Below the pieces are notes generated by a model that worked only from the letters and a program-made list of their open reading frames with translations, was not told where the DNA came from and ran no database searches. DNA of 63,943 nucleotides, the filler included, from Aduncisulcus paluster (taxonomy: Eukaryota): NCBI GenBank assembly GCA_024181965.1. It is 5 parts of 5 records of this genome, joined end to end, with 100 filler letters (N's around TTAATTAATTAA, not from the genome) between each part and the next. Parts side by side here need not be neighbours in the genome. Positions count along the whole stretch, not along the records: positions 48,081 to 58,741 come from BQXS01010815.1; positions 58,842 to 63,943 come from BQXS01010959.1; 3 more parts are not named here. One strand, given 5' to 3'. Positions within the stretch are counted from its first letter, which is position 1. Every line of letters starts with the position of its first letter. The translations under genes and the position numbers were made by a program. Positions 51,832 to 62,610 of the stretch are shown one piece after another.

Positions 51832-54639
51832 TTAGATTTGATCTCCAATTATTTCACTGGTAGTTCCTACTTCACTTTGGTCAGCATCATTCAACTTTAA
51901 TAAAGGAGATAATTCGCTCGAATCGCTACACATCGCTTCCTCCTCCTCAACAAATGCGTCCTTGGTTGCATCAAGTGCTTTCATCGGCCACCATCCAATA
52001 TCTCCCAAAAGAGTTAGAATAGCAGGAACAAAGAATGTTCTCATCACTAAAGCATCAAATAGGACAGCAAAAGCTAACATAAATCCAAATTCGACCATCA
52101 TCATGACCCGACTCTGCAACAACCCAGTGAAAGCAACGGCCATAATGATTGCAGCGTAAGCAATTGTGGATCCTGAAGTATACTGAGCTCTTGTAACACT
52201 AGCCTTGTTACCGTATCCCTTCTTCCTGAGCTCATAGACCCTCATGCAGAAGAAAGTATTATAATCCATTGCCAAGCAACTAACAATACTCAAACATAGG
52301 ATAGAGTCAGCCCAATAAATTGCATCGATCCCATCAAGATTAGGAAGCCACGAAAAGAACCCAGATGTGAAAATGAGGCTCGTGAGACCAAAAATAAAAA
52401 CAAGAGTGATCGCAATAGTTCCAACCACAATGATTGGCATCGAAACGGTTTTAAATGTTAGGATTACAATCAAAATAATAATTGAAAAAGTTGCAATTAA
52501 CATCAGTGGAACATGAGCATAAACAAAATCAACACAATCAACGAGATCAGTGATTCCACCCAATAAATATGCTGAATAAATGTAATTGCTTTTGGAGTTG
52601 TGATCATCGATGGTCTTTCGAAGGATTGGCAACAAATCTTCGGCCTCATTTCCATAAGGATCGATTGATAACATGATATTGACAATTGTTCCTTGAGAAT
52701 CAGCTGAAACAATACTTTGATATAAGAATCGGTAAGTGGGACCAAGTGGATGTAACCCACCATTCAATAGTTCCTGACTCTTTTCAACAGTCAATTTCTC
52801 TCCAGACAGATAAGAAATACCGTCAACCTCGAGAGGATCAATATCACCATTGGCAACATCGATGAGATCATCAATGAGATTATTCATGAACTCAAATGCA
52901 CCATCTTCCTCGATTGTTTCCAATTCCGTGTTAATAAGCAAGGAAAACGGACCAATAAGACCAATTGGGAAAGTTTCAGTAATGTAATCATAATCCGAGA
53001 CAAATTGACTGTTCATTGGGAATATTTGATGAATATTCACTGTACTCTGGAAATAAAGAGTAATTAGAATGATACAAGGAACAAGAATGAGGAAAACAAC
53101 TGAAATAATGATAATGGACGGGCCTTTCTTAGTGATAGAAGAAGACATTCTGAAGAAATAACTTTTCCTCTGATTTCGGTGGTGAATAGTTTCTTCAATT
53201 TCATCCACGCCTTTAATTTCAACATTGTCTAGAGACGCTGCAGAACATGGTTCTTGAGGAGAATCAATTTCATTCTTCTCGATAACATTCTCATCAATCA
53301 AGAATCCAGCTTGGCATAATTCGATTGTTTTCTTCTTCTGTTGTTTTATCTCCAATGATAATTTTTCAATTTGATCTTGATTGTTAAATAAAACTTTCTG
53401 GAGGGATATCGTATGCGATTCGAGTTCAATTTCCTGATGTGAGGTTATTTCAGCATTACAACACCAGCATCGACACCCAATGCAGCTAATAAATTTGGAT
53501 TGAACTTTCTCATACAAATCTGGGTGTATATTCTTAGAGATGAGATTACCTCGTCTCACATATCGATCTGAAAAGAAACCATCGCCAACGAGGAGAAGGG
53601 CAGGGAGTAATGTGATGTTCACGAGAATGACACCGATCAACATAAGACCAGTGCCAATTCCAATAGTAGAGACGACCGCAAAGTCACATAAAGCAACACA
53701 AAAGAAACACACGGCGATGGCGAGACCAGAAACAATCACAATGTGACCTGAATAAGTCACAGTATTTTTCACAGCAATTTGAGGAGTTCTTCCGGCTTCT
53801 AATTCTTGTTTGTATCTTGTCAATTGGAATAAACAATAATCAAGACTGAATGCAACGCAAGCTGCTAACATGACTGGAGGAGCGAGAGAAGACATTCCCC
53901 ATGGTGAAAAACTTGCAAAATATGACAACATGAAGCCAAATACCATTGCTACAAGAAAAGTACAGAGTGGAATTAGCATGAATCTTCCACTTTGAAGAAC
54001 GAATAGGAGAATAATGATAGCAATTGGGATAGATGTGATATCCATTCTTTCAACATCTTGTTCCACAGTTTCCGTAATCAAAGATAACCCTTTATATTCT
54101 CCAACAAGAGCGATATGGATATTTTCGGGCAAATCCCCACTATTTTCGTATTTCTCAACGACATTATCCAATTCAGCTATAATAGAATCTGTGTCATTTC
54201 CAGAAAAATCTGTCAAAATAACAATAAGAATTGTCGATTGGTCCCTACTAATCAATTGGTCGTATATTGGCATACAGAGGGGGCATTCTGTCAGAATGGA
54301 ATAGTATGACATAACACTCGATGTAGAAGATATTTTTTCAAAGTCTTCAGAAATGGAAAACACAAAGGACTCAATATTATCGGACAATACTGATTCTCCA
54401 GTCATATTTCGGACCTCTAAAACACTTGGAGCGTTTCCACTCATACCAGGGAAATGAATTTCTTCCGCTTGTTTTGCTGCCGCTACAGGCGAACTATCTG
54501 GTGGAGTAAAGGAGAAGATACCGCAAGAAAGAAACTTAGGGGTAAAGAATAAACCAAGCAGGAAAATGATTGTCCAAAAGATAACAATATACCATTTTCC
54601 CAATTCTAAAACTTTAAAATACTTGTTGAAAAATGACAT
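51832..54639 (-). CDS. MMPL/RND-family membrane transporter
   Basis: Two halves of 1+5 TM helices, each with a soluble loop. Motifs SLDYCLF.LTRYKQEL and AMDYNTF..RVYE; C-terminal RTFFVPA.L.LLGD..WWP typical of MmpL/YdfJ proteins. Confidence 0.9.
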   Translation of the reverse strand: MSFFNKYFKVLELGKWYIVIFWTIIFLLGLFFTPKFLSCGIFSFTPPDSSPVAAAKQAEEIHFPGMSGNAPSVLEVRNMTGESVLSDNIESFVFSISEDFEKISSTSSVMSYYSILTECPLCMPIYDQLISRDQSTILIVILTDFSGNDTDSIIAELDNVVEKYENSGDLPENIHIALVGEYKGLSLITETVEQDVERMDITSIPIAIIILLFVLQSGRFMLIPLCTFLVAMVFGFMLSYFASFSPWGMSSLAPPVMLAACVAFSLDYCLFQLTRYKQELEAGRTPQIAVKNTVTYSGHIVIVSGLAIAVCFFCVALCDFAVVSTIGIGTGLMLIGVILVNITLLPALLLVGDGFFSDRYVRRGNLISKNIHPDLYEKVQSKFISCIGCRCWCCNAEITSHQEIELESHTISLQKVLFNNQDQIEKLSLEIKQQKKKTIELCQAGFLIDENVIEKNEIDSPQEPCSAASLDNVEIKGVDEIEETIHHRNQRKSYFFRMSSSITKKGPSIIIISVVFLILVPCIILITLYFQSTVNIHQIFPMNSQFVSDYDYITETFPIGLIGPFSLLINTELETIEEDGAFEFMNNLIDDLIDVANGDIDPLEVDGISYLSGEKLTVEKSQELLNGGLHPLGPTYRFLYQSIVSADSQGTIVNIMLSIDPYGNEAEDLLPILRKTIDDHNSKSNYIYSAYLLGGITDLVDCVDFVYAHVPLMLIATFSIIILIVILTFKTVSMPIIVVGTIAITLVFIFGLTSLIFTSGFFSWLPNLDGIDAIYWADSILCLSIVSCLAMDYNTFFCMRVYELRKKGYGNKASVTRAQYTSGSTIAYAAIIMAVAFTGLLQSRVMMMVEFGFMLAFAVLFDALVMRTFFVPAILTLLGDIGWWPMKALDATKDAFVEEEEAMCSDSSELSPLLKLNDADQSEVGTTSEIIGDQI

Positions 54640-55313
54640 AGCAGATGATTGGCGACAAAAAAATAAAATGATCCGAAAGCCAATAGCGCGAAAAATCTAA
54701 CTTTGCCCACGACATCAAAATCAATCATTGAAATCGCATAAAAGGCTTAGAAAATGTCCAAAAACCACTTTTGATAAATATTAAATGGTGACTACAAAAT
54801 ATAGTGTTTTTCTTTTGATCAGCTTTGATTCTTTGAAAAGTTTTCGGCTTATCGGTTCATTGGACAAAAAAGGAAGAGAATTATAGTATTTATTTCCTAA
54901 TTTATTGAATATAGAACAAGCTTCCGACCTTTGATGATCGAAATAAGCAATGAGAGAGTCACTCTCAGTTTGACAGTCAAACCATCTCATTTGAACTAAT
55001 TACCGGCGACCACGTCTTGGTCGGCTGGATCAGGACCAAAAGTCGGCTTTCCATCTACTCTGACAGAACTTCAAGTTGAACATCGTCTACTATATGAATT
55101 GAAATTTATCGTTTGTTCCGTAAAAATCAAAGGCAAAAAATAAATAAAAATAAAAAAAATTTTAGTCCGAGAAGAATGATGGTCATAGGCAGAAGAGAGT
55201 GTTATTTAAAGATGCTGTGCGGTGTTCGTAGGCTTTTTTATGAAGCCAGCTCCGTCCAGCGTCATAGCTTTATCAGCTGAGCCATAAGCTCTCCTCAGGA
55301 TGGCACAACTATT

Positions 55314-58300
55314 TCAAACCGCTCCAATTGCTCCTCCGAACATTTTCATTTGGTGTATTGCATCATCCAAAGAATAATAATGTAGGATTCCACTTCTAGG
55401 CTTTGTGGATACACTTTGAATATCCACCTCATCACCCAATATAATAGGTGCCCATTCACTGAGATGTCCGATACACCTGAGGAACACATCTTCAAACACA
55501 TAAACAACCACGCCATCCACATACTCAGAACATGGGGGAGCCCCCATAAGCTGTTTGAGTCCGATTGCACTACCTGAGAATACAGGTGTGGGTGAAGGAA
55601 CACTGGAATCATCATTCATGGAGAACTTGATGGCGGATGCATCGCCATCGACTGAGCACGAAAACCAATCTTCATATGACTCAAGAGATCGACACAACAT
55701 TGTCCCATCCATTTGATAACAGAACACAGGGCCAACGCTGTCCACTCTAAATATACCGCCATTGATCGGAATAATCATACTCGCACTGATTTCATCCAGA
55801 CAGAGCTGAACAATTGAGTTGGCCTGAATGACTCGGACAGCATCCAAAGACACACTGTCATCAGCAAGGATATTCATAGATGAACGTGCAATCGGGACAG
55901 AAATGAACGGTTGCCGACCAAACAAACTTCCCCCAGCCATCCGATACCAAGACTTTTCAAAGAACATTGGCCATGAATCCAGGCGAGGGATATTAATTGG
56001 ATCACTATACGAAGGGATTGAGACAGAAAAACAATCATTGGGGTCATCAGAAGCACATTCCTCACAAGAATCCCCCGAGAAGAACTCATAGCATTGACAT
56101 ACCCTTTCAGATGTCTCAGTGTCGTCAACACATTCACCTTTGGAATGACAATCACAAGCATCCACATTACACTCATCCCCTGACCATCCTTTCTTACAAG
56201 CACACACAAGAGTTCCAGCATCTTCCCCATCAACACATTCCATGTGGTCATTCGAGTCAACACATCCACACGACACATTCTCACAGCTTGTCCCTGACCA
56301 TCCGTCAAGACATTTGCACACATCAACGTTTGACGAGGAATCATAGATACACGATCCATGGTCAGAACAGATTGTGTCAGACCCACATAGTCCATTGAGG
56401 GATGAACAATAACTCTCATCACTCCATCCAGGATCACATTCACATGCACTGACACCTGTATCACTCAACACACACGTTCCATGCTCACCACAAGAAGCAA
56501 CAGGATCACCATCAGTCGAGGTCACAATAGGACATCCAACAGCGCCACAATCATCCCCATTCCATCCAATCTCACATGCACATTCATGATGGGTATAATC
56601 GACCATGATACATTGACCATTCGTGGAACCAGAGCAAGGATTCAGAGGATCTCCACATGAATATTCTTCACACTGATCACCACTATACCCAGAATCACAG
56701 AGACACTTGTTCGACCCAACGCATGTGCCATTTGAGCCACAGTAATCTTCATCGTCACACATGGGCAGACAATCTGAGCTTGAAGCATTCAGAACATATC
56801 CATAAGCACAAGAAGTGCAGTGATACTCGCCAGAAGAATCCTTTTCACATGATCCAACACCTGAACAAAGCGTATCATTCTCATCCCTTGAGCATGTTTG
56901 AGATGCACAATTCTCTCCACCATACCCTTGGTTACACTCACAGTATGACGATGTGTCTGACAATTGAACACATGAGCCCGATCCATTGCAGAAACCATAC
57001 AAGCTATCCATGGAACATTGGTCCTCAGAACAGTTTGTTCCACCCCATCCGAGTTCACACTCACAAGAGTGAGAGAGTGTGTTGCATGAACCCTGGGAAG
57101 GATCCATTTCTGAACCACACTTATCCTCACTATTATCACTTCCAACGATCACTGGACATTCAGATGTACACGTAGAACCGTACCAACCTTCCATACACAC
57201 GCATTCAATGGATGATGATGGTGAGGAGGAGGAGGAATATGAAGAATCATAGGATGACATGTCAACACATTCCATGTTGGTGTTATTGTTTACACATGAT
57301 GCGCAGTACAAAATGAGTGATTCCACATCTTCATCTTCGGAATCAAACTCGATGCAAGAAAATCCATCATCATTGGATGAATCCTTCACTCTGTACGAAT
57401 ACTCAGAACAAGTGACCTGGTATTGATATTCATCAGTTCTTTGTCCATCATACGATGTGCTGCTGCATGTCTTGTTCATGGTGAGAGAGAACTCCGAGGA
57501 GCAATCACACGTCTCCTGTTGATCTGACAAATCGTACATTTGGTCCACACCATCTGCACACAATGCATTGGTGAAATGCTCAGAGAAGAACAAGGTCTCG
57601 GGATCATCGAGCTCACACATCTTGTTATCACGAAGATCAAGAGAGCACAACGTTTCATCGAGCTCATAAAGGGCGGTAGGATCTCTGATGGAATTGCTTG
57701 TCGCATACAGTTGCACAAGATGAGTGAGTCCATATTCAACGATTGGACATAGCGAGGAAATATCAGAATTATCACTGATGTCAAGAAGAGTGAGGGAATC
57801 ATTCGACGCAGATAAATCAGGGATTGAGGACAACCCACACTCATTAATCCTCAGTTCAACAAGGGATGAGAACTGGGTCAAAGTAGCAATGGAATCTGAA
57901 ATGGGAATTCCTGCAAGATCAAAGTATTGAAGAGAAGGTGCAAGACCAACAATTTTATCCAAAGATTCTCCAAGAAAACTACAATAACTCACTTCCAAGG
58001 CAGAGAGTTGCAATAATGTTGATAGAAGATTGAAGGAAGAAACATATCCAGGAGATGATGATGACGTTGAGGAAGAAAAACATGACAAATTGATGGATTC
58101 AACATTAATTAAATGCTCAATCCCAGCCAGGTCTGACACTTGATTGGTCCCATCCCCAACACACGTCACCGTCGAAGCGAACGAATCCGTCCCAAGAAGC
58201 TTCAGAGAGGACACACTGAAGTCATTATCATCAGTCCTATGTGTCGTATCCGTGAAGAGCGAGGCAATACAGGAATGCAATGTGCTATCCTCGATCACTC

Positions 58301-58741
58301 GAACACACGAACCCTGAGCAGGCTCAGCAGAGATGGAACGACACTCTTCACCATACTCACACCCACCGGAACAGTTGGTGGACAAGGCATCGGGACGAGT
58401 GCATGTGAACTCGGAGGCGGAAGAGTATGTCGTGTATGAATCACTCGCACAGGTCGTGTGCCATATGTCCGAATCACGGTTCGTCTCGGAACACACCCGA
58501 TCATCGGAAAGTTGAGGTTCCGAACCTTCATACGTACAAGGACACGTCCACGAGGATGACATGCCACCAAACACTACATCGGCATCGTCGATCCCAAGTC
58601 CCGATGCGATGGTAGAAACAACATCTTCAGTACTGCCACAAATGGGATTGAGACGAAGGTCAATGTAAGACACATGCTCAAGCTTGTACAGAGGCGACGG
58701 GTCAGAGATCTTGTTGTTGTTATCCGAGGAGGTGTTGGGAC
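55314..58741 (-). CDS. Cys-rich LRR + EGF-repeat extracellular protein, 5'-partial
   Basis: Open to the contig end (NNKISDPSPLYKLEHVSYIDLRLNPIC). LRRs such as LTLLDISDN and LDLRDNKMC, then about 10 EGF-like repeats (C.C..GW.G..C). No C-terminal TM helix seen. Confidence 0.85.
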
Positions 58742-58841
58742 NNNNNNNNNNNNNNNNNNNNNNNNNNNNNNNNNNNNNNNNNNNNTTAATTAATTAANNN
58801 NNNNNNNNNNNNNNNNNNNNNNNNNNNNNNNNNNNNNNNNN
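58742..58841. other. Artificial contig linker
   Basis: N-TTAATTAATTAA-N spacer. Confidence 0.97.
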
Positions 58842-58947
58842 TTCCTTCCTTCTCTTGGATCTTGGCTTTGACAGAGTCGATGGAATCAGATTGGTCGACA
58901 TCAAGAGTGATGGTCTTTCCAGTCAAGGTACGGACGAAGATCTGCAT
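58842..58947 (-). CDS. Ubiquitin (first 35 codons; 3'-partial)
   Basis: My translation: [35 protein letters not shown]. Missed by the ORF track. Confidence 0.93.
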
Positions 58948-59733
58948 TATGAAATATTTATACGAGCTTTGTTACAAAAACAAAAGAAAAAAACAGATAG
59001 AGGCATATTGATCTTATGTTTGTGAAGGATGAAGGAGGAAAAGAAAAAGGAATGAAGAGGTCATCCGATTCGAATCGGACCATCGAATTGCAGATCTGGA
59101 ATCGGTATAATCAACAAGGTATACAGAGATGAAGAATATTATTCCTAACAATACAATATTCGGAAAGAAAGGATAAAAAAGAATATATGGTGTAACATGA
59201 ATGGATTGATGCAAATCAGTGATTTGTGCTTTTTGGTCGTGATATAGAAACTATGAACACATGGATTTCATTGAATAATCCGTAATATTGCATTGAAATG
59301 AAGAATACGTTTTTTTTAGTTGGAGTTATATAAAGATATGATTGATAACTATTCATAATCGCTATCAAAGGATTTAATGGGGATATATTATAGTTAAGGT
59401 CAATAATCGATCTGAATTTATTATAGCGATAATATTTTGGATCTTTACTTCCATCAAAAATTTGTATTATGATAAGAATCTTTTTGTGTGTCCTTTAACA
59501 AGACAAATCATCTTAAACTTGCCGAGATTGCATTTATAATTCTCTATTATAAGGCTAATAATAACAATATATCGATTAAGATCGTCAAGATAATTTATTG
59601 TGAGGTTCTCAACAGAAATCTTTTCAAGAAGGGATAATCATGATTTGATCCCTGGTATTTCTGTCATCATATTTGAATATATCGATCTTAATTGGAAATT
59701 CCAACTCAGCAGAATATTGACAATGTGCTTTCC

Positions 59734-62115
59734 CTATTCTCGAATAAAATACAGCGATGTAATATCGTTATTCATACAACCCGACAACTTATTAATGTGT
59801 TGAATTTCACACAAAACAATATCAGACAAATCAATGGGAAGGAAATGCCATTCATGCCAATGCCTGCGTCTTCCAATTTCATACCTCGTAAAGGTTTTCT
59901 TTCCATCAGTACTGGTGAAAGAGAAGAGAAGAGAGGGAAGACTATAATCTCTATTGACGCAAATATAAGCACCTTTAATTGGGCAAGGTGATGGAAAAGG
60001 AATGGAAAGATGAGAAAATTTAAAACATGGAGAGTATTTTTTCCCTTCTAACATTATCTTAGCTTTTGAAGAAACATCATACTCTTCAGATTTTACACTC
60101 TTCGAAATATCCTTAGCAGTAATCTTTGATAATGATGGTGTAAGGATTGATGGATCATCAAGAGGAATGGGGACATATTCAGACCAATACTCGCCAATGG
60201 CACCAGCATTCTTATACTTTGCCTTCACAATTCGAGCATCAGCCCACATTTTCTCAATGGAAGCTTCTCTAAATTCACGAGAGGCCTGTTCGTCAGGTGA
60301 TTCCTCTCGAACAAATGCAAGAGAGACAATTCTAAAGGTACCACTTTCCTCCACCTCGTACCATTTTCCTTTTCCAATGATCTCACATAATTCAACACTA
60401 AATAAATCAATAGGAAGAAAATACCAATAATATTCCCAAAAGTTTCCACGTTTTGGTCGTGGGATGGTATACTTCTTGGCATTTTTTTCACCATCAGAGA
60501 GGGTAAATGTGAAGAGAAGAGAATCACTTCTGTACAAACCATTCAAACATATATACGCACCTTTAATTGGACTTGGAGATTGAAAAGGAATGGAAAGATG
60601 GGAAAAGTTAGAATAGCCCATTTGGCTTTCCCCTTTCAACATTCTTTGTGCTTGTAAGCTCTTATTTGACTTTTCAATCTCTGATTTTCCCAAATCTATA
60701 AATTTTTCCTTAGGTTTCAAATCAACTGATCCCTTGACCATAGAGAACCATGGGTCAATGATTGGTAAAGCATCACGTATAATGGGCAAATGAGCTTCTT
60801 CTCCATTTTTAATAAATTTTGGTACCACCTTTTGAGCTTCAGACCATTGTTTCGCAAGAGCAACTTCTTTTTCCTCACGAAAAATGCGTTCAGCAATTGT
60901 TTCTTCTCGAACAAAGAGCAGAAGGGATATATTAAAACATCGACTATTCTTCTGAATCCACGTTCCTCTCCCTTCTATGTCACATGCAACAATATTGGCT
61001 AAATCAATAGGGAGGAAACGCCATTCGTGACAATGTTTTGATTTTTTAAATTTAAATTCATACTTCTTTGATGTTTTCTTACCTTCGGAATCCGTGAAAG
61101 AGAAGAGAAGAGAGGGTGAACTTAACCTCTTATCCACGCAGATATAAGCGCCTTTCATGGGACAAGGTGATGAGAAAGGAATGGAAAGATGAGATAAGGT
61201 TACATCACTCAAACCTTTTAACATTTCTTGTGCTTTGATGCTCTGATCATACTCTTCAGATACCTTCCCTATTGAATCATTTTTTCCACTGGTCATTGGA
61301 AATGAAGGATACACGATGGTTGGATCACCACATAAAATGGGGATATAGAATTTCCATCTCCATTATTCCTGAATACTGATTTCACGACAGAGGCTTCGGA
61401 CCATAGTTTATCTCTGACTTTACGAGTTATGATTTCTTCAGGGGTTTCTTCTCTAATGAAAGCAAGAGATTCAATATGAAAACCCTCGGTTTTTTTGCCT
61501 TTCCCTTCGATTTCACATAGAGAAACATCAGGAAGATCGATTGGGAGGAAAAGCCATGCACATGATTCCCTATCTTCAGGGAATTTGTATATTTTCGACA
61601 ATTTCTTTCCTTTTGAAGAAAAAGTGAAGATGAGAGAAGAGGGTGAGGCTCCGAATAAGGAAGAAGACAAGCAAATATATGCACCTTTCATCGAGACAGA
61701 TGGAGAGAATGGAAGAGAAACATATTTAAACCTGTAAAACATTCGTCGATGTCCCTCTCCTTTCATCATTTGCTGAGCTAGTTCATTCATAGAAGGGGAC
61801 TTATCTTCCAATGATTCCTTTCTTGAACATCTCCTCTTTCCAAGTTTAGATGCCTTTATACTGGGTGTAGATTCGCCTTTCTCCGTCCCAATGTCTGCAA
61901 ATATTGGGTTCAGAAAAGCGGGATTGTCTCGAGAGATTGGAATTGAGTCTTTGGCTCCTTCATGAATAAATTCAGGTATAATAACTTGAATCTAGAAAAG
62001 AAAAACGATTAATGAAAAAGAAAAAGAAAATTCCTTCATCAATATCCTGAAATTACTGATTTTGTAAAAATGTAACAAAATTTTCCTGTATATAACATAC
62101 TTTGGGAGAAGTCAT
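59734..62115 (-). pseudogene. Four-repeat beta-rich domain gene with one intron (61992-62100) and a 2-nt frameshift near 61345
   Basis: MTSPK|intron GTATGT...TTCTAG|IQVIIPEFIHEG continues into ORF 61293-61811. TCT-AT-ATC-CCC-ATT shifts frame relative to ORF 59734-61314; removing AT restores SIPILCGDPTIVYP, like the IPLDDPSILTP of another repeat. Confidence 0.75.
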
Positions 62116-62610
62116 TTAAAAATTATTAATCTCAAGAAAAAATAATCTCAAATAAGATATTATTGATTCTTATTCATGAACAAAAAACAGAGAACAACTT
62201 GTTCTCAATGCTTGAAGCAAAATATAAAATTTCAGTTTCTTCAAGTAGAAAAATCAAGTCCGACTTGCCGAGTCGGCAATATAATATTTATTTATTTCAA
62301 AATTATATAAGTTCAAAATGATTTAAGTGCATCAAGAACCAAATCCCAATCAATGCCTCCTAATGGTATCTTTTCTTGTACTACAACTTGTACTATCATT
62401 GAATGATAGTATCACACACATGATGAAGAACTCCCGAATAACAAGAAGCCTGAATTGAAAGTATAAACTTTTCACAAAGATTCACGAAGTCCTGCTTCTA
62501 AAATGTATAAAAATAAACAAGGTGGATAAAAATATATAAATATATTATGGGTTTGTCATTCAATCATGGATTAATAATTAGAAAGAAAAACAATATAACA
62601 GCTGAGTAGT

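Noticed and set aside
46744..54639. A four-gene island of prokaryote-like genes (HhH, GlxK, DUF4241-like, MMPL)
   Set aside because: A linker at 47981-48080 splits it into two unlinked pairs.
55211..55240. 5S rRNA 3' end-like GGTGTTCGTAGGCTTTTTT
   Set aside because: The upstream 100 nt is A-rich and shows no 5S boxes or pairing 5' end.
55206..55316. UGA readthrough, selenocysteine or code reassignment (35 open codons after the TGA; 33 after the TGA at 47427)
   Set aside because: Other genes end TGA-TAA or TGA-TGA-TAA, long ORFs contain no in-frame stops, and I found no SECIS geometry. A recent nonsense mutation or chance suffices.
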